Origin: the human T2T-CHM13v2.0 reference genome, Homo sapiens
DNA length: 64,000 nt
Direction: 5' to 3' (one strand)
NCBI RefSeq assembly: GCF_009914755.1
Contig: NC_060928.1
Of the stretch, positions 45,761 to 60,469 are shown piece after piece. Both the position numbers and the translations under genes were made by a program. Position 1 is the stretch's first letter. Each line of letters starts with the position of its first letter. The notes beneath the pieces were generated by a model. That model did no database searches. It was not told where the DNA came from and worked only from the letters and a program-made list of their open reading frames with translations.

Positions 45761-48715
45761 TAAAGAGACTCAATATTCAGCTCCTGGATTCAAGTAATAT
45801 TTAAAAAAAACAGATTTGTAAGCTAGGTTGTGTTAAGAGAGAAAGAATTTTCTTAATACTTAGTTCTCACACAGTACATTAATGGTAGGCCTGGAGACTA
45901 TATCACAAACTTTTTAAATTTGTTTTGGTTTTGTTTTCCTGTTGGGTAGAGAAAGTCCTGTTTATCATAAGTCTTAGTCATTAGTCTGGATTAGTGAAGA
46001 AAAAGCATATAATTAGAAGAAGGAAAATACAAGCCTAGCCCTTTTGGTCTTAGGATGCCTCTGGATGAGGGAAATAAACAGAACTGGGAAGACAATGGTT
46101 GTAATTTCTTCCCAGTTCCCTTCAAGGCCAAGTCTCAGATGGGGAGAGATAGGATTAAGCATACAGGATTAAAATACAGGATTTTTACATACAGATTCAA
46201 GGGTCAGGCAGAGGTTCTTTAATTTGGATTAAAGAGGCTAAAATATGCAAATCATCAAGGAACTGTAAGAGCCAAAGCCTTTTCTCCTACTCTGTTTTGG
46301 AGATTCTGGAAGAACACTTTATGGGCGGCTAGGACATCACTCTGTTCACAATCTAAGAAGCTGTGACTCCCCACAATTCTTGTGCAACAAGAACAGCAAT
46401 GTCTGAGTCTCCTGGGGAGCCTGTGAGAGAGGGCTGCTGAATCAGTGTCAATGTGGGTCCCATACCAGAAGCTGTGAGTGAGTGGATCATATAGGCTGGA
46501 CAAATAGCAGTCCCAGCCATAACTCAGGGTGGTTTGCTGTACTAATGACAGCAGACTATATAGTCAAGCTGGCAGTAAATACCAACAGGGCTAGCAGATA
46601 CCATGCAAAAAAGATAGCCAGCCCAGCAATGCCTACTTGGCCAGCCACAGGAACCCATACTATGGTTAATATAGGATAATTTCATATAGAAATTTTAATA
46701 GACATAAGATGCATTCAACATTGTAAGATAACGGAACTACTTTTTCCTGTTTTTTTCTTTGTTTTATCCTTGAACATTTGTAAAGAATTAATATGTACCA
46801 CAATGAAATCCTTTTATTAATAAAATGACTGTTCATTTTGTAGTCTCTACTACTTATAGTAAATTCTTCGCTTCCCATTTACTTAATTCCTATTTGAAAT
46901 ATAAAACTTGAAGTTAATTCAAACTATCTGAGTTAGTTGCTTTAGTGTAGTTGTCATTAGGTAGTGAAAGGAAGAAATGGGAACGAATGATGCTTTTATG
47001 TACACTGCAAGTGGGCTGAGCAAATATTCAGGTCCTGAGTCTCAATATAATGGGGGCCACAATCAGGAAATATGACAAATCCAAATAAAGTAGGGTTTTT
47101 ATTCCACAATAAGAATCCAGGTGATTGTTATAATAATTTTGTCCAATTTATGTGTTTCAAACTGCAAATCTATAAAAATAGTCCCAATATGTTTCAGAGA
47201 TGCCCATTAATAATATGTGTAAGTCTGAGCTGGCAGCATTTTAGAACACTGCTTCCACATATTTAAGAGGAAGGGTGCTGGTGAGTGACAAAATGATACC
47301 CTGCAGAGAACTTAGATGATAGCAACCTAAGGTGAACCACACAAACGCTTCTACTGATTTTTCAAATGTTGGGTCACCAAAGAGAAAGGGATATTAAAGG
47401 AGACAAAAACAACATATCCCAGCCTGATTAACTTAATACCTTCTTTAAACATAATTAGAAAGATCCATTTACTGTACATAGTAGTGATGTCCACAAGGGC
47501 TTCCCATGAGACCTAGAAGCCAAGGCCAGGCATACTAAATGAGGAAAGACAATGTATATCTTCATATATTCCCATACTGGCTTTCCCTATATGTTATCCA
47601 AAAGTTAGGTATGATGAAATTAAAAAAAATGGTTCTAATACCCCAATTTCCATTAGTAGAAGACTCTTTAGGGACACTGTATTAATACAAGTATCATAGA
47701 ACAGGACATAAAGAAAATCTGCTTTTATTATTTGTTTCACCTTTTGGTGAGACAAGAACCTCTGGGCTTAGACATGGCTTTTATCCCTGTAGCACATGGA
47801 ATAAAACCTGACGAAACTTGAAAACATAAAAACAAAACCTGCCAAAGTGCTGATAAAGAGGACTGAACTTAGGGAGCAAAATATTTTAGTATCCCTGAGA
47901 CTTGACAATAAAAGAATACATAGCAATTTGTAAAGCACACTAGAGAGAACCAAGGCCTTCCACAGGAAATGGGTGATAAATGCTTAGAACTAAAGACAGT
48001 CCTGTAAGAAAGAATGGCCACAAAGACTTAAGATGTTTGATATTATCAGAGCTCTCAAATAAAAAATATCTCAGGTCAAAAGCACTGAACAAGTTAGAGT
48101 GGGGGCATGTAAGTGGTTACAGTAGTTCTGAAAGATGAAAAAACTTCTTTTCATTCAGACTTGTAAAACATTTTTTTCATATACTTAGTAAGGTGCTGAA
48201 AGTACAGGAATATGCTGTATAGTTGGTTGTTTATGATAATCTCAATACAATCTTATTGAGGGAAATAGCTCCAATCATTCCTGAAACAAATGCTTCCAGT
48301 ATATAGTCCCAAATTCAAGAAATTCCACTGAGAAGTTTTAAATTTAGATATTTAGACCAGACAGGTTACAGTTGAAAATTAGAGTAAAATTTCTAGTATC
48401 TAGAAAGAACAAAAGCAAGTATTCAGCTCCTGTTACAAAATTATGCATTAAAGGAGCATTTGTTTTAGCCTATGTGTAGTTCTCACATTTAAATTGACAG
48501 TAAACTCATGTAAACTCAAACAATTTTCAAATAAAAATATTATTTCAGAGCCACATTTATTTTTCCCACATTTTCTTTTTCTTTAACAGACACCATCAAC
48601 CTTTACCCCATATATCAGGAAGATGCCCGGTAGAAGACTCATATGAAAAAGATCCTCTGAAGACAGAGGGTAGTGAGAATAACCTAACTGAATCCTCCAC
48701 AGAGACATAGGAGGT

Positions 48716-48760
48716 GCACACACACACATACACACACTCATGCACACACACAGACACACA
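48716..48760. repeat. Imperfect (CA)n microsatellite
   Basis: gcacacacacacatacacacactcatgcacacacacagacacaca. Confidence 0.8.
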
Positions 48761-49091
48761 ATTTGCAAAATCCTAAATGAACATGTTCAAGAGTGGATAG
48801 TATTGATTCTCATAAATAAATATTATGTTTAAAGTTAATGCTTGATGATTCAGCAAGGAAAATAAAACAATGACAGGAAAATAAATGACATCTAATTTAT
48901 AGAAAATTATCTTTTAAAAATATATTCAGCACCTGAGTTATAAATAAAAATGATGAAACAAAAGATTATTAAACCTCCAGAAATGTCTGGATTCCTAACA
49001 CAAATGCTTCCCACTTACTAACATGAAAGTTTATAAATCACTGTACCTGGAAAAAAAAAAAAAAGAAGTACAGGCTTTAAAATGTGGTTAA

Positions 49092-49443
49092 CGTGGAATA
49101 CTATGCAGCCATAAAAAAGGATGAGTTCATGTCCTTTGCAGGGATATGGATGAAGCTGGAAACCATCATTCTCAGCAAACTATCACAAGACCATAAAACC
49201 AAACACCATGAACAATAACAACACATGGACACAGGCAGGGGAACATCACACACCAGGGCCGGTCGGGGGGTGGGGGCCTAGGGGAGGGATAACATTGGGA
49301 GAAATACCTAATGTAGGTGATGGGTTGAGGGGTGCAACAAACTACCAGGGCACGTGTATACCTATGTAACAAAACTGCAGGTTCTGCACATGTAACCCAG
49401 AACTTAAAGTATAATAAAAAATAAAATAAAATAAAAATAAAAT
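49092..49443 (+). mobile_element. 5'-truncated L1PA 3' end with TSD
   Basis: tggaatactatgcagccataaaaaaggatgagttcatgtcc...cagaacttaaagtataat(aaaat)n. TSD aaaatgtggttaa. Confidence 0.93.
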
Positions 49444-52400
49444 AAAATGTGGTTAAGGAGGCACGCTTGGCATGAGCAGAGTCAAAATGTACTCAAAATT
49501 TTTCTTAAAAAAGGGTCTATCCCTCCTAAGCAAAAGCAGTTGACATGCGAGAAAGCAAACACTACATTTTGATAATAGAGTGTGTTTTATATTGAAAAGG
49601 AGCAAGTACATTTTAAATACTAGCAAAGCTTTTTCCTGGTATGAACTGCTTCCTCATGAATCAGTAATTGATACAGCTTTTTTCTGAGTAGGCAATTACT
49701 TAATTTAAGAATCAAGATCTGGCCCAAATTATCTGAATTGGCTTTCTACCCTGATGTATGTTTACTGCCTTCAATTTCACTTCAGTCAGTCAAACATATT
49801 TAAAACCTCCCAGTTCTCTTTCTCCATTAATGCAAGATCAAGAACTAAATAGTAATCCTGAGCTCTGAAGTCTCAACACATTTTGCGTCTTTTCATCTTC
49901 AATTCTTTATTGGAAAAAAAATATAGAGTTACATTTGTAACACTTTAATCCTGGTCTATCTATCTCCTAAATAAGCTCTTTTCATTGAACCTATTCATAC
50001 AGAGACAGAAGAAACTCAGTAAGGCAATTTAATGAAAAAAATAAAGTATTATCCTTTATGTTTCACATATGAAAGCTCTTTAACCTTCACTCTGATTCCT
50101 ATTTTATGTAATAATTCAATCTTCATATTGCCTTCATTTTGTCAATAATTGTTATAAATACCCCAACTGTGAAACATACAAAACTAACTAGACAACAGAT
50201 TCCATAAATATGATTAGTATTTCCACATGAATTCAATAGTAATAGCCTTGACAAATGATTGGCTGCTAAATAAGATGATGCAGGTGTAAAAATTTTGTAA
50301 TTTAACACTTACCCAAAATAATGATTGCTACTTGATCTATCTTAGTAATTTAGTAATATTATGTTCCATACTTCATTTACTAAAAAATGTCTGCTGAAAT
50401 TAATTTCTATTGTTCAATATTTGTGTGGGTTACAAAGCCCACCAATGATTCTCTTTGATTAGGGCATAGGTCATGAGAACTTCCAAATACAGCAGGTTAG
50501 AGTATATACTGACATGTCTACAGATTCAAGGAAGGGCTCTGGGCCTAGGAAGTCCCTAGGAGCAATAAAATAAGAAATAATCTTCTCGTTTTTCTAGTTC
50601 TTGTTTCATAGTTTCATTCCCTGGCAACCAGCAGCAACTCCCAAATCATTTCTGACTTCTACATGTTTCCCACCTGGGACAAAAACACGCCTTCACAGCA
50701 CCATGACAACCACACCAGCAACACAAGCACTCGGGTTCATGCAGGAAAATGAAAATCCTGAAAGGAAGCTAGGAGATAAAGGCTCACTATTCCTTGTTTC
50801 CCACTGGTAGGATGTAATTACAAAAATTACTTTAACACAAAGCTTCTGGTGAATGAATAGTGGGTAATTTGAGGGGAGAAGCCTAGGGCCTAGGGATTAA
50901 ATTAAAAATGTAAAATGCTGAATGATGTCATACAAGTTCAGCCACCTTCCCCCAAAAAAGTAGACTGCCTAAAGCAAACTCCTTAATGATGACAGAGTAA
51001 ACATTCTTATGAGATAGGCAGGGGTATATTTTTTTACATGAGTTTAGACAAATGATTGATTTAATAGTAGAGGTGAAATTTATGACCCTTTAATTTTTAT
51101 TAAGTATATTGTTACCAATTAGAGTTTCAAATATAATTTTGTCCAAATTAAAGAGTTCAAAATGTCATTTCCATGCCCCTAAATCTGAAAAAGAAGCAAA
51201 TTAAACATGCCTACCATGATGAAGTAGACAAATTTCTTTGTCATAAGCATGCCAAGTTTATGTTTTTTGTGTAATGAAAAGGATGCTATTCGTTTGCTAG
51301 AAACTGGCAGTGCTATGTGTTATGAATACTTGCCACTTCTGCACTAGAAGACACCATTATTTATATTGCCAAATGTAAAACTGCTTTAGATCTTATTCTT
51401 TAAAGAGTAATTCTAAAGCAGAGCACTGCATTTTTGACTTAAAAAAACATATTTTTAAACAACTCTTCATATGTTTCACATTGTGAAAACAATACAACTT
51501 TTCTATTAAGAGTCAAGGAAGAAGAATCCGCTATATATGGGATTGATTGATTGTTTTTGTGTTGTTGAATCGTACCATATGACACATTATCTTAACAGTT
51601 TCAAAGCTGTGACTTTTGTTGGAAACTCAGCTGAATATTCTTAGGTGACAGGAAATAGAAATAGATATTTTCATTTGGTCAAGCGGAATAGCTTAGGGCT
51701 CCAGAGTGTGGGAGAAGCACAATTTTTGTTTTGCTTCTAGTTTTAATCTTGTTTTCTGGAGACATAAAGTCCTCCTTATCTATAGCAAATATCTTTCATA
51801 GGCTCCCAATTCTGTGCAGTGTATACCTTCAGATTCTCAGTGATACACCTGAGAATGACAGAGTAGAAGGCAAGAAGGGGCATTCTAACCATCAACGAGC
51901 CAATAACTGCTACCTCACTCTCAAGCTAATCTCTACCCATCCCTACCACAAGAAATGTTTAGAAGGCCATTCATACTTTGCCTCTGGGACATGAATATGA
52001 AAATACACCATTTTGAAAATTCACTCAGTGTTCTAAAAGATCATCTATCCTAATCTACTCAAATTGGACCAACTTATCATCCTCCTTTATCAAGCCTATT
52101 TCTGTTTCTCATTTTATATACCTGAATTCTGGAAAGAGAATTCTCTAGTCTTCTAGATTAGAATTCTGAGTCCTCCTTAAACAATCTCTCTCTCTTTCCC
52201 CATGCCCTCCAACATCTATCCCATCACAAAACTCCATCAGTTTTCCTTCAATTTCTACCCACTTGGTTCTATCTCTCCATCATCTAGTTCAGGTCCTAAT
52301 AGATTTTAATGTAAAACACTTGCAACAAACTACAGAACTCAAATGAATGGCAGTTCTGAGGAACTAAACTGCCAAATCAAGAAATGTAGCTAGCCAATTA

Positions 52401-53685
52401 CTGTGACAACTAGCAAAATAGGGCAGAATATTACATGGGCCTTACTGATGAAATCTTGCAGGGTCAGAAATGGCTTGCTTATGATCAAAACTCCTACTGA
52501 TGACTTGCTGTCAGAGAAATGTATGGAGACCATGGTTCTCAAACACATTTCATTCCATGTAAGGCTTAGCTTATGGATTTTATTCCTCTTCCTAAATAAC
52601 TCATTAAGAAAGACCTCATATGTTTCCTAAAATAAAATCTTGAATTAATCCAGAAAAGGCACTATTTTATATAGTGCTTTGGTTTTCATTTATAAATCAA
52701 TATATCTTCCTAAACCTAATTTTTTTCAATTTTAAATTTTAAAATAATGGAATACATTACAAAAATATGTTCTTAATTTACAGTTGGAAGGTATTTGATC
52801 TATGAGAAGACTTGGCTCTCCATCTTGCTACCAAGAAGTTAAAGGAAGAATTTGAAAGTTCTGAATCTGAATCACTTGTTCCCCTAGGCAAGAGAGTTGC
52901 ACTTCTAACATATATGGTTACAATTCAAGATTCTCAAAAGGAGGTAAATTCATATCACCCACAACTTAATTCAATCAGAACTTCATAAATAAGAAGGTGA
53001 AGATCATTAAGCTCATATTAACGTTTATCATGGAACATTTTAAGAGAACTGAATGATTCAATTTTGATTCAAGTTTTAAGGTAATTGAGAGGTGACAAAA
53101 GAACTCCTTTTGCTCTGACCCATGACCATTGAAACTTGTCTCAAAATATATTACTCTAGTTGGTGGCCTACTTCAACTATAATTGCAATCTTCTATTCAT
53201 GACTGAAAAACTCAGTCTTCAGTGTCTGCATTATTAAAAAGAAATTTTAAGTAAACTGAGTATGTTGATGCTATTGAAATTGACATTTTAAATAATTTTC
53301 TAAAGCAATGTCCCAAATTTCTGTAATTCCATCCAATTCCTTTGTATATACACACGCTGTTAATTTCCCTATTCTATCATCTAAAAATACAATAAGTATT
53401 AAACATAATATTTCTTGTAACTTTATTACTTCAAGAAAAAAACTCTTCTTCTTATAAATATCAGACTAATGAAAAGTACTAGGGCTAATATTTATAGAAA
53501 TAGATACCTTCAGGAATTGAAATGTAGTAATAGGGTACAGCCTGATGAAACTACAGTTATGACAGATGGACCTGATGGGAGGACAGCCACAGTAACTGAT
53601 CTGGCTTCCAGTTCTCCTATACAATTCCATAGCATGTGGCCTATGCGTTCCTAAAAAATATTTAACCATTGCTTTGAAAGAGGTA

Positions 53686-53746
53686 TTAGGTATTAGTAAT
53701 ATGGAACAACCAAGATTTAGATATTAGTAATATGGAACAACCAAGA
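53686..53746. repeat. 31-bp tandem duplication
   Basis: tattagtaatatggaacaaccaaga at 53691 and 53722. Confidence 0.9.
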
Positions 53747-53924
53747 AAAATCACTCTAACCTACTATCTTTTCCTTAACATAACCAGTCTTCTGATTTAG
53801 AATAACATTTTTAGAATATGAAAATTGAGTATTCACATGAAGACAATGACTAATGCTTCAACTTTAACAAAACTCTTAACATGCAAACCTTCTGCAAAGA
53901 TATTAAATATTAACAGGCAATTAA

Positions 53925-54160
53925 ATAACAGCTAGCATTCATTAAGCACCTATTTTTGTTGAATACTACCTTCAGCAATTTGCATATACATCTAATATTA
54001 TTACAACTGTGCAATATATATTACTTCTTTTTTCATTAAAAAACTGAGGCTCAGAGAGGTTAAGTACTAATCTAAGGTAACAGAACAACTTGGTGTGCAG
54101 AGCTATTATTACTCATACCAAGTCTAACTGCAAAGCCTCTACAGTGACTCTCTAAGCTAG
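53925..54160 (-). mobile_element. MIR
   Basis: MIR core aaaactgaggctcagagaggttaagta. Confidence 0.7.
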
Positions 54161-55166
54161 GCATACATTTCATAATACTGTATTTATTAATATAGTCCTG
54201 TTGTTTCAAATGAGAAATTTCTTTAAAATTTTCAAGATATGTTAACTTTAAAGTTATCTTAAATTGCACTATTCTGTTCATAAATAATTTTGGGGAAGTT
54301 AGCAGCATCTGAAAATCAAACTAATGACTAGGTAGCAAGTCTCAAAAGGCAATCTAGAAGACAAATTATTTCTAAATTACTTATATTTACTTATATCCAT
54401 GTCATTTCCCTAAAAGAAAACTCTATTCTTCATTAAGAAAGTTGTCTTGGCAAATGTAAAGACTTCTTGAGATTTGGTTAAAAAAAAAATAGATTCCTAA
54501 ATTTTTTTTTCTCCCCAAAGGAAATTTTATATCCAATGTATAAGCATATCTCCTTAATAGTAAGTTACTTTCAGGTTTCATTTAAACAAACAAAAATAGA
54601 AAACTTTGATGCAACATAATTTACTTGACTTTAGCAGTTCTAGCCTAATTTGAAATAAAATTCCACAGAAGAATTTCATTCATTGTCTCCTCCATCTAGT
54701 AAAAGTTTTGCAAAATAGATTTTAAAGACAAGTGGCATTATTATTTTCAAATATATCCATCACACTGGTCTTAAAACAAAAAGCAACTGTTTGCCATCCT
54801 AGTATACATCCTTTAAAAGGTTTAAAATAACAGTGATAATTCATAATTAAGATACTTCTGTAAAATACAAACCACAAAGATTTTCAAATTTTAACATAAG
54901 CTAGAGAACCAATAGTTTTAATATAAAGGTATTAAAAGAAGTCATATCAGGGATATATAACACACTGGAATAAATATCTGTAACATATACTCTATGCATT
55001 TTTTAAAAAGCAAGCCACATTTCATGATTTATAAATGTAAACTTCTTTTTCTATCTCCGCGTTATACAAGAGAACATGGCAATCACATTCTCTTACTTGA
55101 TGGGAGAGTTGTTTTCATCATATCTTAAAATTATATTTCATTATTAAGCTTTGTCAAGACGCCTAC

Positions 55167-55323
55167 CTCTGTAGTGGAAGTCTTTGGACATGTCTATGGG
55201 AGCCTGTTCTACAGCTGATCTCTTGTAGACAACATGAATCCTTCCTTTTTCTTCCTCCATCTGTTTACCTCTTTCCAAGGGTTCAATGAAATACTCTTCA
55301 TTATCACTTTTTATCATTCCAGC
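55167..55323 (-). CDS. ADAMTS3: Internal coding exon (probably exon 4) of ADAMTS3, procollagen N-proteinase / pro-VEGF-C-processing metalloprotease; prodomain segment
   Basis: Minus strand reads ttttgtgctttctctag|GCTGGAATG...TACAGAG|gtaggc. 157 nt, phase 0 to phase 1, stop-free translation AGMIKSDNEEYFIEPLERGKQMEEEKGRIHVVYKRSAVEQAPIDMSKDFHYR. It has the ADAMTS prodomain motifs YFIEPL and HVVYKR and matches my recall of human ADAMTS3. Confidence 0.96.
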
Positions 55324-56513
55324 CTAGAGAAAGCACAAAATGTGTTAATTTAAAAAAGAAATATCTATCATCTTCAGCTCACAAGCACATCTTTTTAAAT
55401 GTCAAGAATATGACTTGTGAAAACTAACGCTTTTTCCTTCCACATTTGGCCATAACTTAAAATAGTTTTATTAACTATCAATAATTCATATAAGGTAGAA
55501 ATTCACATATGACAGAAATGAAAAATTCATATTAAGGTATTACGGAATACAAAATTTACATAGGATAAGAATAGGGAAATCATACAATGTATATATTTTA
55601 TCAAACTGCAAAATAAGTGCATTTATATATTCTACTTGGTATTTTATATCTAGTAAGAATCATATGGGACACATAAATTCAAAAAATCTCTAATTTCCCA
55701 AAATAACCCATTGTGGAGCAGTGGTCCAAACGTTACATACATTTTTACTTATTTACATCTTCCCACCAAACAAAGTGGCATGAGAGAAATGAGTTCCATG
55801 CTACCTTCAGTATGTAAAGTTATTTCTTTAAAATAGTCTCATTAAGCTTCTGTGGAAATCCCCATTTCTAAAGTTTATTCATTTGAAGAACTAACTCATA
55901 TTTGTCCTAGCTTAATCTAACTTTATGATTTAAATTATAACTTTAATATTATATATATATATCCCCCTCAAACTGCATCCTTTCACACTGAAAAGCCTAC
56001 TCTTGCTTTCAATTCCTTCCATCTCTCTATTTATTGTTTTCTGATTCTGTTTCATCTTTTAATTATTCAGAAAACACCAGGGCTATAGCCAGTACTATAG
56101 CTGAAGAAAAATGATGTTTTTTTCTAAAATGCGATATTTCTTAAACATCAAGTCCACATTACAGTCAAGTAGTTGTGGCTCGTGTTTCTACTTTAAACAT
56201 CATACAATAATACGAAATATTAATTTAAATATAAGCACATTTATTTGAAAACAAAATTCAAACAAATAATGTCTTAGTGTGGAAACTGTACTTATTTTGG
56301 AAATATATATCAGATTTAGAGATGCCATATTTTTTCTCAAACCTTTAACTTATTCTGTATTTTCACACAAGAGGTCACTGGCTCTCATGTAACACAGACA
56401 AGGGAGGAGTTTCTTACTCCTTCGAACTATGTTGATGTCTTTGCCATTATGCTATCAAGCAACATAGAAATAAAAGGGAGGTGTCCTTTACCAAAGAGCA
56501 TATGTTTTCAGCA

Positions 56514-56600
56514 AATATAAATATAAATATATATATACATATATGTATATAAATATATATATTCATATATGTATATAAATAAATAAATATATATATATTT
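56514..56600. repeat. (TA)n-rich microsatellite
   Basis: About 85 bp of imperfect TA repeat. Confidence 0.85.
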
Positions 56601-58022
56601 AGCAAATATGCCTATGACTATAGCTTTTCTGTCACACTCAAATCTGTCCTTTTCCTTTCTGTTCTGACTTCTACACCTGGGTATAGTATTTCCCTTCTTT
56701 CCCTTTGTAAGCCTCACAGGGAATTCTTAAAAGCTATGCCATCTCCATATGCCACTTCTACGCTTGCCTTTATGATGTGCACATACAAACAGCCCTGGAA
56801 CCTATGGGACCGTGTCTCACAAGAAAACATTACTACAACTCTTCTACTATTCTTGGCCCATACCCTCTGGAACAAACCTCTAGCTTTCACTTAAAAGAGC
56901 ATTGAGCTAGTGGGTACTTAGTAGTAATGCTGATCTTCCAGATACTCCAATAATTGGAGTTTCTTTCCTTATCTGACTAATTACTTTATACTTAGTCATG
57001 TACTATGAAATGCACATATTTTTCAAAAGTTATATAATTATTCCCTATTCAGAGTTGTTCCTATTGGTTAATGGACTCACCTTTTCTACAAATATAATTT
57101 CCAACATCTTCCTCATGCTTTCAAATTTTAATTTTAATCTATTCTATATTATGGTCATATTATTTTATCTCCTATTACCAGTACTTTCAACACTCACTGC
57201 TATTGGCCTTCTCAGGCATTAATTAATTAATGTCCATAAAATACATCCAAACTAAGCACAAACACAGTAAATGTATAAAAAGTTAATAAAATGTATAAGG
57301 ATAAAATGTTATCTCATCCCTAACACCATCTGCTGGTAGCAAAAAGCGTGAACCGGCTTTATCCCAGAAAGATAGGTCTGTTTAAATATATGGAAGTTTA
57401 TAAGGTGAAGTGCATCAGCATGGGAGTTTCAGTATTCATCTTTATTACAGTCTTTTCTTTGCCCCAAATCCGCTGTCACTGCATTCTGTAACATCTACAT
57501 TATTCGCCCATCCTCCTAAGTCCACTAACATTTCCTTAGTTATAAACATCATCATTGTTTATTCGGATTACAGAAACTCCCTATCTTAAGATTTTCCAAA
57601 GATCATAATGATTCTCCCAGATGAGTGCCTGACTCAGGGAAGAAACAGTGCCACTGAAGCGGTCAGCGACTCTGAGCAATGCGCAATGGCTATTGCAGTC
57701 ACTTGAAAGTGATAGGGAGGGCAGTGAGGATTAGCCCATGGGTCTTTTGAAAACACTTCTCCATACCTGCTATGGCAAACATTCAAATTTCAGGCCACAT
57801 GATGTTATTTTACCCCACTAAGCCACAGGTAAAACAAAATTCAACACAATTAAACATCTCACTTAGAAAGCAAAGAAAATTTAAGTCAAACTGAGTCAGT
57901 ATTAGTGACAAGGCAAGAGTTGGATCAAGTGACATCCAATAACTCCATGGACCCAAAATCTGAAAGTCGGCCCTTTTATTTATTAATTTAAGTAAAGTTT
58001 AATGAAAGAAAGTACTTATATA

Positions 58023-58398
<376 letters not shown>

Positions 58399-58769
58399 TC
58401 ATTTGTCCTCATTTGATTAAATCCAGTTGAATAAATAAAATACATGCCTACTGAAATTCAATGAGTATGCTATGGAAAGTGCAGAAAAGTAATTGACAGG
58501 GTAGTTGATAGTAAAATCAAGTAAAATTTTTTTCCTCCATAATCTCACCAGACACAGAAAACTGTTAGTAGGAACAGTTGATTTTTCACTCGAAATTATC
58601 TAGTATCTATTTCAACTGAAATGTTCCTAGTCCACATCACAATAAACCTTCGCTTTGGCCACTGTTACTGTCCACATGATCTACATATTCACATAGTGTG
58701 GCAGCCAAAATTGCCCTTTAAAATTATCATATTAAATTTGGACAAATCTGAATTTGGTAGCAAGTGGAG

Positions 58770-59140
58770 CAAGCATGTAAGGGCTCAAAACATCAGGTGC
58801 TTCTTTCTCACTCACATAAAGCTCAGGATGGTTTTGGATTGGCCAGGAAAGGTTTCTACTCCACACAATCATCCAGGAGTCCAGGTTGACAGTGGCTCTA
58901 TCATCTTAATATAAGCTTCCAGTATTCCTAGTCAAAACAGGAAGCAGTATGAGGAAGCCCACATGGGAAATTTTTATGAGCTAGCCCTACTCATGGTATT
59001 CACCATTTCCACTTACTGCCACAGATAGGATACAGTTGCATGGCTCACAGCCAGCTGCAAAGAGGGCCAGGAAATGTAATCTGGCTGTAAGCCCAGGGAG
59101 AAGAGACAAATGGATTTTGATGAACAGATGGAAGTCTCAA
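58770..59140 (-). mobile_element. Old MLT1-type LTR
   Basis: catggctcacagccagctgcaaagagggccaggaaatgtaatctggctgtaagcccagg. Confidence 0.6.
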
Positions 59141-59144
59141 CCTC

Positions 59145-59770
59145 CAAAAAGATCATGCCACTCCTTTGCTTAAAACACTTTAATTGCTTCCCATTGCACT
59201 TAAAACTGCACTCATTACTTTGGCCTTTAAGGCCCACGTCATCTGCGCTGCCCACCATCCTCAAGTTTGCCATTCTCAGTGTCCTCACGAGGCCCCAACC
59301 TCAGGGGATTTTGTTCAATTTTCTTTTTCTTTTTCTATTTCCAAGGTCCTTATAACATCAGGTCTTTGCAATGCCATTCATTCTGCTTAAAGAGCCACAC
59401 CACACTTCCCTAAGCTGGCTGGTTTTTATTCTCCAGGCTTCAACTTAAATGTTATCTCCTTAAAATGATTTTCTTACTCCCTCACCTCACAAAAATGAGG
59501 TGCCCCCGTCTAAATTAGATCCTCTCTTAGCCAATTATTCTAACTGAAAATAATGTGTTCTTTTCTCTCCTGGTCCTTAACACAAATTTCAAGGGTGTAT
59601 TCAGCTGAATGTGAAATTTATGGTTCTCTGTCTCCCCTGTGGAACTGTTAGCTACTAAGGCACATATATCTAGCTTAGCTCACCTTTGAGCCTTAAGCTC
59701 CATCAAAATTGCTGGAACAAAATATGTATTCAATAAAGTTCTGATGAAAAATTACATGAATGAGTGAATG
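59145..59770 (+). mobile_element. L2 3' region
   Basis: gatcatgccactcctttgcttaaaacact...caacttaaatgttatctcct...ttcaataaa...tgaatgagtgaatga. Confidence 0.7.
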
Positions 59771-59899
59771 ATACAAATGAGGGAATGAAGAGCTTTTAGA
59801 CTTTTGGTGATTTTCCAAATATGGGAGTATTGCTATAGTGGGGATAGAATAGAAGGAATTAGAGGTGAGGCCGTTCAGGGTGGAGCAAAGGTTCTAAAA

Positions 59900-60118
59900 C
59901 AAGCTTGTCCAACCTGTGTCCTGTGGGCCACAGGCAGCCCAGGACAGCTTTGAATGCAGCCCAACACAAATTCGTAAACTTTCTTAAAACGTTATGAGAT
60001 TTTTTGTGATTATTTTTAAGCTCATCAGCTGTCATTAGTATGAGTGTATTTTATGTGTGGCCCCAGACAATTCTTCTTCCAATGTGGCCCACGAAAGCTA
60101 AAATACTGGACACCCCTG
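59900..60118. mobile_element. MER30 hAT-Charlie MITE
   Basis: caagcttgtccaacc...tttgaatgcagcccaacacaaattcgtaaactttcttaaaac...ggacacccctg. Confidence 0.85.
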
Positions 60119-60469
60119 TAAGTACAAAAACTCCTGGCACACATGTGGACAGCAAGCAAGCTATTCATTCAGGGAAGAGTTCATGCAGGGGGGCTCCAAA
60201 ACAATGCCACAGAGGACTATTAGTACTATCTTGGGTCAGAATTTTAACATGTAGAAACAGAGACCCAAAAAATAAATAAATAAAAAAGAATGTTGATCGG
60301 ATGGACTAGAACAAAATACTATTTTCATATTTCTCTGATGATTAAGTGCCAGATGGAAGCAAGCAAGAAGCTAAAATAACAGTCCAGATAGCAAAAGTGG
60401 CAATGGGAAGAGAAAAGGGCAGGGGAGTGGGGAAAGAATTAATTTAAAAGTGATTTCAGGAAAAAAAAA

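Noticed and set aside
46250-46680. GC-richer patch with two short ORFs
   Set aside because: No convincing splice-site pair or homology. It may be an old LTR-derived fragment that I cannot name.
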